From positions 4,895 to 68,894 of the forward strand of contig JBILKZ010000003.1 in assembly GCA_044376405.1 (NCBI GenBank): a stretch of 64,000 bases of DNA. Direction: 5' to 3'. Of the stretch, positions 54,500 through 62,430 are shown one piece after another; position 1 is the stretch's first letter, and each line of letters starts with the position of its first letter. The stretch comes from Pirellulales bacterium. GTDB taxonomy: Bacteria; Planctomycetota; Planctomycetia; Pirellulales; UBA1268. A program made the position numbers and the translations under genes. The notes below the pieces were generated by a model. That model was not told the origin of the DNA and made no database searches. It saw only the letters and a program-made list of their open reading frames with translations.

Positions 54500-56902
54500 T
54501 TGACTTTTCCGGCACGAATCTACGAGCGATGCAGCGATGCGTTGGTGCGACTCCTGCTCGTCGCCGTGCTCTGCCTGACAGCGCCACATGGTAGGGCGGC
54601 CGACCCGGCGCCGGTCTCGCCCGAGAAGATCCAGAGGGCCATCGATAAGGCCTGCGACTGGCTGATCCGTGAGCAGGAGGCGAACGGCTCCTGGGAGTGC
54701 TCGATGCGCACGGAGGAGACGCGGGTGGGCGCCACGTCGCTGGTCATGCTGGCACTGGCCAATGCGGGCGTCGACCGCAGCCATCTCGCCATTCAGCGTG
54801 GCCTCGACTGGCTGCGGCGACAGAAGCCCGACGAGACCTATTCCGTCTCCCTGCAGACGCTCGTGCTGGCGATGCTCTCACCCGACGCCGACCGCGCCAT
54901 CCTCGAGCGCAACGTCGAATGGCTGGAGAAGGCGCAGGTGCCGCAGGGGCCGGCGACAGGCTCCTGGTCGTATGGCACCAACAAGGGAACCGGCGACAAC
55001 TCCAACGCCCAGTTCGCCCTGCTCGCACTCCACGAGGCCGACAAGGCCGGCGTCCGCGTCCGCCGCGAGGTCTGGGCCCGGGCGCAGCAATACTGGGCCT
55101 CATGCGCCAACCCCGACGGCTCGTGGGGCTACACCATCGGCAACGCGGCCGGGTCGGGCAGCATGACCTGCGCGGGCATCGCCAGCATCTGGATCACCTC
55201 GGAGCACATCGGCACGCCCGACGCGCGGGCCGCCGCTGAGAGCGTCTCCTGCTGCGGCGGCGGGTCTTCGCCGAAGGTCCTCGAACGCGGCCTGCAGTGG
55301 CTCGGCCGCCGGTTTTCCGTCGTGGAAAATCCGGGCACCGGTGGCCAGACGTGGCTCTACTACTACCTCTACGGTCTCGAACGGGTGGGGCGGTTCACGG
55401 CGAGGCGGTTCATCGGTGAATCGGACTGGTACTTGGAGGGCGCTCGCATGTTCGTCGCCACTCAGGACGGCCTGACGGGGGCCTTCCGCGGCGGTCGGAT
55501 CGAGGATCCGACCGTGGCCACCAGCTTCGCGCTGTTGTTTCTGGCCAAGGGCCGCCGGCCGGTGCTCGTGGCCAAGAGCCGTCATGGCCCCGACGACGAC
55601 TGGAACCGCCACGGCCACGACATCGCCCATCTCGTGGAGCACGTGGAGTCGCGCTGGCGTAACGACCATCCCGCCGGGCTGTCGTGGCACATCCTCGACA
55701 CGCCGTCCGCCTCGCTCGACGACCTACTGCAGGCGCCTGTGTTCTGGCTGTCGGGTCGTGATGCGTTCAACCTCGGACCGGATGCGGGTGGCCGCCTGCG
55801 TCGCTACATCGACGAGGGGGGCTTCGTGTTTGCCGAAGCCTGCTGCCCGTCGAGTGGCGAATTCGATGGGCGGCTCCGGCGGCTCGTCGGCGAAATCTTT
55901 CCAGAGCCGGAATACCAACTCCACCTTCTGCCTCCGGAGCACCCGGCGTGGCACGCCGAGGAGATCGTGCCGCCAGAACTCCATCGGCCGCTGCTGGGCG
56001 TCGATTACGGCTGCCGCACCTGCCTCATCTATGCTCCACCGACGGATGCGCAGGCGAAGGATGCCGCGATGCCGAGCCTCTCCTGCCTGTGGGAACTGGG
56101 CGGCGCGTCGAGCCGAAGCCTGCCAGAGGGTGTCCGCCGCGAGGTGGATGCGGCATTGGCCATCGGCACAAACGTGATTGCCTACGCCACCAACCGCGAA
56201 CTGAAACGCAAAGATGAGCTGTTCGTGCTCGACCGCGCGGTGCCCCGCGAGCCCGATCGACTGGAGCGGGGCCAGATCGCCATCGCCAAGCTGAAGCACT
56301 CCGGCATGTGCGACGCGGCCCCCGCGGCACTGGCCAACATCCTCCGCGCCGCGGCCCGTGAACTGGGCGTCCGCGTCGACGACACGCCGAGCCAGATCGA
56401 TCCCGCAGATCCATCCCTGTTCAACTACCACCTCGTGTTCATGCACGGTCGCCAGGGCTTCACCTACGACGGACAGCGACGGGAACGGCTGCTGCAATTC
56501 CTGGAGCGGGGTGGCACGCTGCTGGCCGACAGTGTCTGCGCCTCGCCTGCGTTCACGACGGCCTTCCGCGCCGAGATCGCCGCGACACTTCCGACCCGGA
56601 AGCTCGAGGAGATTCCGGCGGACGACCCCATCTACACGGCGGCCACCTACGGCGGCTATGACATCCGCACCGTGACGCTCCGTGAACCGGCCGGCGGTGA
56701 TGGCCCGATGAACGTGCGAAAGAGACAGGTGCCGCCGAAACTCGAGGGTGTGCGGATCGGGGATCGGTGGGCGGTGATCTTCTCCCCCTACGATCTCTCC
56801 TGCGCGCTCGAAAAGCAGAACTCGCTCGAGTGCACCGGCTACAGTCGGGACGACGCCGAGAAGATCGCACTCAACGTGCTGCTGTATTCACTCAATCAGT
56901 AG
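54500..56902 (+). CDS. secreted protein: prenyltransferase/terpene-cyclase-like alpha-alpha toroid repeats + C-terminal DUF4159-like domain
   Basis: The first ~430 codons of ORF-track 53186..56902 are antisense to moxR and are rejected. Candidate starts are TTG 54500 or GTG 54545, before the signal peptide RLLLVAVLCLTAPHGRAADP. Repeats NGSWEC, TGSWSY and DGSWGY are present. The C-terminus NYHLVFMHGRQGFTYDGQRRERLLQFLERGGTLLAD...WAVIFSPYDLSCALE is DUF4159-like. Confidence 0.8.
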   Translation: MTFPARIYERCSDALVRLLLVAVLCLTAPHGRAADPAPVSPEKIQRAIDKACDWLIREQEANGSWECSMRTEETRVGATSLVMLALANAGVDRSHLAIQRGLDWLRRQKPDETYSVSLQTLVLAMLSPDADRAILERNVEWLEKAQVPQGPATGSWSYGTNKGTGDNSNAQFALLALHEADKAGVRVRREVWARAQQYWASCANPDGSWGYTIGNAAGSGSMTCAGIASIWITSEHIGTPDARAAAESVSCCGGGSSPKVLERGLQWLGRRFSVVENPGTGGQTWLYYYLYGLERVGRFTARRFIGESDWYLEGARMFVATQDGLTGAFRGGRIEDPTVATSFALLFLAKGRRPVLVAKSRHGPDDDWNRHGHDIAHLVEHVESRWRNDHPAGLSWHILDTPSASLDDLLQAPVFWLSGRDAFNLGPDAGGRLRRYIDEGGFVFAEACCPSSGEFDGRLRRLVGEIFPEPEYQLHLLPPEHPAWHAEEIVPPELHRPLLGVDYGCRTCLIYAPPTDAQAKDAAMPSLSCLWELGGASSRSLPEGVRREVDAALAIGTNVIAYATNRELKRKDELFVLDRAVPREPDRLERGQIAIAKLKHSGMCDAAPAALANILRAAARELGVRVDDTPSQIDPADPSLFNYHLVFMHGRQGFTYDGQRRERLLQFLERGGTLLADSVCASPAFTTAFRAEIAATLPTRKLEEIPADDPIYTAATYGGYDIRTVTLREPAGGDGPMNVRKRQVPPKLEGVRIGDRWAVIFSPYDLSCALEKQNSLECTGYSRDDAEKIALNVLLYSLNQ

Positions 56903-57141
56903 CGTCACTCGATCCCGTCGCTCACGCTCAGGGCTTGTATGCACAGATGACGTGAATCCCATACAAGCCCCCGGCGCAAGCCGGGGGATACCGCTCCCAT
57001 ACAAGCCCCCGGCGCAAGCCGGGGGACACCGCTCCCATACAAGCCCCCGGCGCAAGCCGGGGGACACCGCTCCCATACAAGCCCCCGGCGCAAGCCGGGG
57101 GACACCGCTCCCATACAAGCCCCCGGCGCAAGCCGGGGGAT
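56903..57141 (-). repeat. composite hairpin repeat, locus B: tail + hairpin 2 + five tandem 38-bp units
   Basis: Unit ATACAAGCCCCCGGCGCAAGCCGGGGGACACCGCTCCC starts at 56961, 56999, 57037, 57075 and 57113. GGGCTTGTATG (56931-56941) pairs with CATACAAGCCC (56960-56970). It lies between convergent gene ends. Confidence 0.9.
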
Positions 57142-57154
57142 ACTACGGGAAACC

Positions 57155-57856
57155 TCACTGGTCGGAATCGCTGCTACTGCCGCCAGTGAGGTAGCTCGCG
57201 TAATAGAGCAGCGTGAGCACGCTCTGGAGCGTGCCTGCGACGTATGTCCAGGCCGCGGCGTTGAGCACGCTGTTCACCGACGACATCGACCCGGCCGGCA
57301 CGATGCCGAGGTCTACGAGCTGCGCCTTCGCACGGTTGCTCGCATCGATTTCGACGGGCAGGTTCACCAGCTGGAAGAAGACCGTCGCCCCGAAGAGCGC
57401 GATGCCCAGCCAGGCCACCGGCTTGAGTGCCATCGCCAGCCCGATCATGAACACGATCAGTCCGAAGCCGCTGCCGAAGTTTGCCACGCCGACAGCGGCG
57501 TTGCGAATCGTCATCATCGAATAGCCCTGATGATCCTGCAGTGCGTGGCCCGCCTCATGGGCGGCGATGCCCACGGCCGCCAACGACCGGCTGCCGTAGA
57601 CATTCTGCGAGAGGCGGAGCACCTTCGTCTGAGGGTCGTAGTGGTCGGTGAGCTGCCCCGGCACCGACTCGATCTCCACATCGGTAGCGCCAGCCGAGTC
57701 GAGAATGTGCCTGGCGGCTGCCGCGCCAGTGAGTGGCGCCGGCTCCTGGGAAGCCGCAGCAAACGACGAATGCACCCGCCACTGGGCCCACATCGCCAGC
57801 AGCATGGCCGGGGCAATCGCGAGCATGTACATCGGATCAAAGTAGAAAAACGGCAT
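57155..57856 (-). CDS. YugP-like membrane zinc metallopeptidase (Zn_peptidase_2)
   Basis: MPFFYFDPMYML..., the HEAGHA zinc motif, and C-terminal TM helices. The start is moved to the internal ATG. Confidence 0.85.
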   Translation of the reverse strand: MPFFYFDPMYMLAIAPAMLLAMWAQWRVHSSFAAASQEPAPLTGAAAARHILDSAGATDVEIESVPGQLTDHYDPQTKVLRLSQNVYGSRSLAAVGIAAHEAGHALQDHQGYSMMTIRNAAVGVANFGSGFGLIVFMIGLAMALKPVAWLGIALFGATVFFQLVNLPVEIDASNRAKAQLVDLGIVPAGSMSSVNSVLNAAAWTYVAGTLQSVLTLLYYASYLTGGSSSDSDQ

Positions 57857-57927
57857 GTTTTCTCGGCAGCTCCTCAAAAGCGGGGCCGTGGCCCCGAAAC
57901 GTCGAACCCGAAAGTATTCTAGCAGCG

Positions 57928-57948
57928 GTGCCGGTCAGCGACCGGCAC
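57928..57948. promoter_or_regulatory. perfect 9-bp inverted repeat GTGCCGGTC-agc-GACCGGCAC in a divergent promoter region
   Basis: It lies between the yugP-like start (57856, minus) and the lipoprotein start (57977/57983, plus). Confidence 0.4.
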
Positions 57949-57976
57949 TCCCCTCCCCCTCGCCACACCTTCTGTA

Positions 57977-59131
57977 TTGTCCATGGCATCCTTCTACGCA
58001 GTTGCCCGACCTCCTGTTCGCAGCCGATTTGACAGGGGATTTTCCTGGTCTCTGGCCACGGCCGGCCTGCTGCTTGGCCTGCTGACAGGCTGCGGGCAGC
58101 CGACCACCGTCGCCACGGCGGACGGCAGGCCGGACACTGGCGATGCCGCGGCCACCCGAATCGACCGGCGACCGCTCTGCCAGCGAATCGACGCGGTGCT
58201 GGCCCACGCGCGAGACAACCGCCGGCTGGATGCGTCGGTGCACGGTGCCTGGCAGGTCGTGCACGGCATCCTGGCATTTGGCCGAGACTTCCCGCTCCGA
58301 CACGACGGCACCGATTCGGCCGCGCTCGACTACCTGCTCGACGGCGGTCGGCTCACCGGCTGGAACCTCCGAACGGGTTCGCCTGGTGTCATCGCCTTGC
58401 TGGAGGAAGGCAGCAACACCGGCCAGGGCCATCCCGATCAGTGGCTGGGCTACCTGTCGCAGTGCGGACGGCACGGGATCCCTCGTGACACGAAGTTCGT
58501 GGTCGGGAAGAAGACGTTCACCGTAAACGATCTGCTCACGCAGGCGCAGGCCGACATCCGTCCCGGTAAGGAGGCGACCTGGACCCTGATGGCACTCTCC
58601 GCCTACCTGCCCACTGATGCCACATGGACGGCCAGCGACGGCACGAAATGGAACACAGAGCGGGTCGTGGAGATGGAAGCCGATGCCGACATCGTCACGA
58701 GCGCCTGCGGCGGCGCCCACCGCCTCTACGGACTGGTCGCTGCCCTGAAAAAATACCGTGCCGCCACCGGCCACACACCGGAACAGTTCTCCGGCGGCTG
58801 GGCGGCGGCGCAGGAGGTGATCGACGAGTGCGTCGACCGCGCCAGGCGATTCCAGCAGGCTGACGGCAGTTTTTCGATCCATTCTTTCGAGCGGCCCGGC
58901 ACGTCGGCTGACGTGTTCGCCAGGCTGTCGGCGACGGGCCATATCTTCGAGGTACTCAGTCTGGCGCTCGATGACGAACAGTTGGCTGAGCCCTGGGTGA
59001 CGCGAGCGGCCGAGCGGCTGGTCACCCTGCTCGAACAGACCTCGGACGTGGATGTTGAGTGCGGTGCCCTCTACCACGCCGCCCACGGACTGCTTCTATA
59101 CAGTGACCGGGTCTGCGGCTCTACTGAGTAA
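57977..59131 (+). CDS. hypothetical lipoprotein
   Basis: Lipobox-like LLLGLLTGC. The ORF-track start is a TTG, and an ATG lies at 57983. No family recognised. QADGSFS hints at toroid-repeat proteins only weakly. Confidence 0.7.
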   Translation: MSMASFYAVARPPVRSRFDRGFSWSLATAGLLLGLLTGCGQPTTVATADGRPDTGDAAATRIDRRPLCQRIDAVLAHARDNRRLDASVHGAWQVVHGILAFGRDFPLRHDGTDSAALDYLLDGGRLTGWNLRTGSPGVIALLEEGSNTGQGHPDQWLGYLSQCGRHGIPRDTKFVVGKKTFTVNDLLTQAQADIRPGKEATWTLMALSAYLPTDATWTASDGTKWNTERVVEMEADADIVTSACGGAHRLYGLVAALKKYRAATGHTPEQFSGGWAAAQEVIDECVDRARRFQQADGSFSIHSFERPGTSADVFARLSATGHIFEVLSLALDDEQLAEPWVTRAAERLVTLLEQTSDVDVECGALYHAAHGLLLYSDRVCGSTE

Positions 59132-59179
59132 AGGTTCTCCATTATCCGTGGGGATTTTTTCCGGGGAGTCACCCGACTC

Positions 59180-60715
59180 GTGCACGGCCTTATTTTCTTC
59201 TACCTTCAGAAGTTCGCCGACGTCGCGGCGACCGGCAGCACCTCCTGGAAGGGAGTCAGGGCGAGCACGGCCACGTCGGCCGCCAAGTTCCTGCCGTCGG
59301 GGGTGTATCCCGATGCCGATGCTGTGGCGATCCTGACGACGATCGCAGAGACAACTGGCCGGCCCCTGCCCACGATCCTCGAGGAGTTCGGCGAGTTCCT
59401 GGCGCCGCATCTCGTGAAGGTGGCGGGCTCGGTCGTCGATCCCGCGTGGCGCACGCTCGACCTCATCGAACATACCGAGGCGATCATCCACACCATGGTC
59501 CGCTCCACGACCCCCGGTGCCGCCCCACCGGTGCTGGAAACGGTGCGGCAGAGCCCCGATGAACTGCATCTGATCTACAGTTCCGCACGGCGTCTGTGCC
59601 CGCTGGCCGTCGGCCTGATGCGAGGCATCGCAGCCCACTACAGGGAAACGATCCGTATCGAAGAGCCGAGCTGTCTCCTGCGAGGCGACCCGTTCTGCTC
59701 GTTCGTCGTCGAGCACGTCGCCACAGACACCCACGCGCCGCGGTCACCGCTGACCGAGACGCTCATGTTCACTCCGACGGTGGAACGCGCGGCGGACCAG
59801 CCGACGGGAGGTGCGAGTCCGACTGCGACCTTCGTCAACGACGCCGACCGAGACGTGCTGCCGATGTCGATCGGAGAGTACAAGGTGCTCGCGATGATCG
59901 GTCGGGGCGCCATGGGGCAGGTCTATCTGGCCGAGGATGATCGCCTCGACCGCCGGGTGGCGATCAAGGTGATGCACCCCTCTCGGGCGAGCGATCCAGC
60001 CTCACGGCAGCGGTTCATCCGCGAGAGCCGGGCGACCGCCGCCATCGAGCACCCGCACGTGGTCACGATCCATCAGGTAGGCGAGCACCGTCAGGGTGGC
60101 GACCAGGCTGGTCTGCCCTTCATTGTCATGCAGTGCCTCCACGGCGACACGCTCGCCAAATACCGTGCCGCGGTGGGCACCGTGCCGCTGACGGAGATCC
60201 TCCGGATCGGACGCGAGATCGCCGAGGGACTCGCGGCGGCTCATCGCCGGGGCCTCGTCCACCGCGACATCAAACCCGAGAACATCATCCTCGAGGGTCC
60301 GACGCGGGAGGTAAAGATCATCGACTTCGGGCTTGTCTGTGATCTGGGTGACGATCCTGCCAAGGCCCACGTGACGGTGGACGGCGCGGTAGTGGGCACG
60401 CCGGCCTACATGGCGCCCGAAAGGATTAGCGACCGTCCAGTGGATGCCCGCACCGATCTCTTCGGGCTCGGCGTGATGCTCTATGAACTGCTTGCCGATC
60501 GGCTGCCCTTCACCGGCACATCGATGATGGCGATGCTGGCCTCGATCGCCCGTGGCTCGCCGGTGCCACTCCGCAGCGCGGCCCCCGAGACGCCTGAAGA
60601 TGTGTCCGATCTCGTGATGCGAATGATCGCCCACGAGCCTGCCGATCGCCCGGCCACCGCAAGGGCCGTGGCCGACGCGATCGCGGCAATCGAGAAGCAG
60701 CTGGCCAGCTCGTAA
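59180..60715 (+). CDS. H-NOX (haem NO/O2-binding, HNOB) domain fused to Hanks-type Ser/Thr protein kinase
   Basis: GTG start gives (M)HGLIFFYLQKF, an H-NOX N-terminus. LDLIEHTEAIIHTMVRSTTPGAAPP is the proximal-His region. LHLIYSSARRLCPLAVGLMRGIAAHY contains Y-x-S-x-R. The kinase part has GRGAMGQVY, VAIK, HRDIKPENIIL, DFG and GTPAYMAPE. Confidence 0.85.
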   Translation: MHGLIFFYLQKFADVAATGSTSWKGVRASTATSAAKFLPSGVYPDADAVAILTTIAETTGRPLPTILEEFGEFLAPHLVKVAGSVVDPAWRTLDLIEHTEAIIHTMVRSTTPGAAPPVLETVRQSPDELHLIYSSARRLCPLAVGLMRGIAAHYRETIRIEEPSCLLRGDPFCSFVVEHVATDTHAPRSPLTETLMFTPTVERAADQPTGGASPTATFVNDADRDVLPMSIGEYKVLAMIGRGAMGQVYLAEDDRLDRRVAIKVMHPSRASDPASRQRFIRESRATAAIEHPHVVTIHQVGEHRQGGDQAGLPFIVMQCLHGDTLAKYRAAVGTVPLTEILRIGREIAEGLAAAHRRGLVHRDIKPENIILEGPTREVKIIDFGLVCDLGDDPAKAHVTVDGAVVGTPAYMAPERISDRPVDARTDLFGLGVMLYELLADRLPFTGTSMMAMLASIARGSPVPLRSAAPETPEDVSDLVMRMIAHEPADRPATARAVADAIAAIEKQLASS

Positions 60716-60743
60716 ACGCTCCGGGCTTGCGGCTCCTTCCCCC

Positions 60744-60771
60744 AATAAAAACCCCCGGCGTAAGCCGGGGG
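60744..60771 (-). terminator. second intrinsic terminator candidate (minus strand)
   Basis: Minus strand reads CCCCCGGC-TTAC-GCCGGGGG followed by TTTTTATTGGGGG. Confidence 0.55.
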
Positions 60772-60855
60772 ATATGCCCGGGGGATGGATCGTTGACCAA
60801 CGCCGCCACATCCCATCGCTCACGCTCCGGGCTTTTATGGAACGCGGCGTCCCCC

Positions 60856-60884
60856 AAATAAAAGCCCCCGGCGCAAGCCGGGGG
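60856..60884 (-). terminator. intrinsic terminator candidate for hisS
   Basis: Minus strand reads CCCCCGGC-TTGC-GCCGGGGG followed by CTTTTATTTGGGGG. Confidence 0.6.
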
Positions 60885-60977
60885 ATGAAGCCGGGGGATG
60901 AAGCCGGGGGATGAAGCCGGGGGATGAAGCCGGGGGATGAAGCCGGGGGATTCCGCGCGGACGCGGCGAACGTGCCG

Positions 60978-62387
60978 TCATCCGCCGGCCTTCATCGCCT
61001 CGAGCTGCGAGTGGACGGCGTCGGACAAGACATGGATGTCGCCATGCCAGTCGATGGTGCTGGCGGTCTGCGCGGCGAGGTCCTTGAGCTGCGCGGTGCC
61101 CGCGGCAAACTCGTCGCTGCCGATCACGAGCGCCACGCGAAATCCCTTCTTGGCCGCCATCTTCAACTGGTTTCCGACCCGCTTCGCTTCGGGGTAAAAC
61201 TCCACCGCCATGCCGTCAGCCCGCAGCCGGGCCGCGATGCGGATGTAGTCGGCCAGATGGGCCTCGTCGAAGTGCACGAGAAACACCTCGGCCGATGTCT
61301 CTTTCAGATCGAGTCGGCCGAGCTCCTCAAGGCCCGCGAGCAATCGGTCGATGCCGAGCGACGCCCCCACGCCCGGCAGCGACTGCTTCGTGTAGAGCCC
61401 CGCGAGATTGTCGTAGCGACCGCCGGAGCAGATGCTGCCAAGGGCCGGCAGGTCGTCGAGAAAACTCTCCAGCACGATGCCCGTGTAGTAATCGAGTCCT
61501 CGGGCGATCGATGGATCGATCACCACCCGCCCGTCCGGCACGCCCGCCTGCCGCACGCCGTCGAGGAGGCTCCGCAGGGCGGCCACACCAGTCCGCCCGG
61601 TTTCAGAAGAGCCGACGAGCCCATCGAGGGCGGCCAAGACGGTCGCCGGATCGCCGGAAAGTTGCGCCATACCGAGCAGCTTGGCTCGCACGTCGGCCGA
61701 CACGCCGTGGGCCTCCAGTTCCGCCGCCACCGCTTCTGGCGTCGCCTTGCCGAGCTTGTCGAGCGACCGCAGCACGTCGGTCGAGCGGTCGGCAACGCCG
61801 CACTCGTGCAGGATGCCGGAGAGCACGCGGCGGTCGTTGACGCGGATCGTGAAGCCGCCGATGCCGATCGCGGCGAGCAGGTCGTGCACGACGAGCACCG
61901 TCTCGAGGTCGGCCACGGGGCTCGTGGTGCCGATCGTGTCGAAGTCGCACTGCATGAACTCGCGATACCGGCCCCGCTGCGTGTTTTCGCCGCGCCACAC
62001 CGGCGCCATGTGATACCGCTTGAAGGGCGTGCCAAGCACCCCGATGTGCTGGGCGCAGAACCGGGCGAAGGGCACGGTGAGGTCAAACCTCAGGCCCACG
62101 TCGCGGCCGCCATGGTCCTTGAAGCGATAGAGCTGCTTGTCAGTCTCCTCGCTCCCCTTGCCGGTGAGGATCTCGAGGTATTCGAGCGCCGGCGTGTCGA
62201 TCGGCGCGAAGCCGTAGGAGCGATAGACGCGGCGGGCAATGTCGAGAATTTTCTCTCGGGCCAACGCCTGTGCAGGCAGATGGTCGCGAAAGCCCTTGAG
62301 CGTGCGGGGTTCGATGAGGCTGCGGGATTCGGTCACGTCGCGATGGTGTCCTGTTTTTGTGGTGATGACACGCCGAGAGTGTAGCAT
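60978..62387 (-). CDS. hisS: histidine--tRNA ligase
   Basis: LKGFRDHLP, LRFDLTVPFAR, FKRYHMAPVWRGENTQRGRYREFMQCDFD (class II motif 2) and SGGRYDNL (motif 3). The start is uncertain: ATG 62387, GTG 62336 or the ORF-track 62447. Confidence 0.93.
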   Translation of the reverse strand: MLHSRRVITTKTGHHRDVTESRSLIEPRTLKGFRDHLPAQALAREKILDIARRVYRSYGFAPIDTPALEYLEILTGKGSEETDKQLYRFKDHGGRDVGLRFDLTVPFARFCAQHIGVLGTPFKRYHMAPVWRGENTQRGRYREFMQCDFDTIGTTSPVADLETVLVVHDLLAAIGIGGFTIRVNDRRVLSGILHECGVADRSTDVLRSLDKLGKATPEAVAAELEAHGVSADVRAKLLGMAQLSGDPATVLAALDGLVGSSETGRTGVAALRSLLDGVRQAGVPDGRVVIDPSIARGLDYYTGIVLESFLDDLPALGSICSGGRYDNLAGLYTKQSLPGVGASLGIDRLLAGLEELGRLDLKETSAEVFLVHFDEAHLADYIRIAARLRADGMAVEFYPEAKRVGNQLKMAAKKGFRVALVIGSDEFAAGTAQLKDLAAQTASTIDWHGDIHVLSDAVHSQLEAMKAGG

Positions 62388-62430
62388 CGTACCGCCTTGT
62401 TCCGTTCCCCGCCTCGCGAGCACCCGACCG

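Larger units (their letters stand above)
60744..60949 (-). repeat. composite hairpin repeat, locus C: two copies plus 13-bp tandem array
   Basis: Hairpins lie at 60752-60771 (loop GTAA on plus) and 60865-60884 (loop GCAA). GGGCTTTTAT/ATAAAAGCCC arms and the tail GGAGCGTGAGCGATGGGAT read on the minus strand. ATGAAGCCGGGGG occurs five times at 60885-60949. Confidence 0.9.

Noticed and set aside
56958-57141. Regular 38-bp repeats that at first glance could be a CRISPR array.
   Set aside because: The units are directly adjacent with no unique spacers. No cas genes lie nearby. The same hairpin occurs singly at two other loci.
62239-62430. N-terminal extension of ORF 62239..63222.
   Set aside because: It overlaps the 5' part of hisS on the opposite strand. 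An ATG at 62431 sits just beyond the hisS start region.
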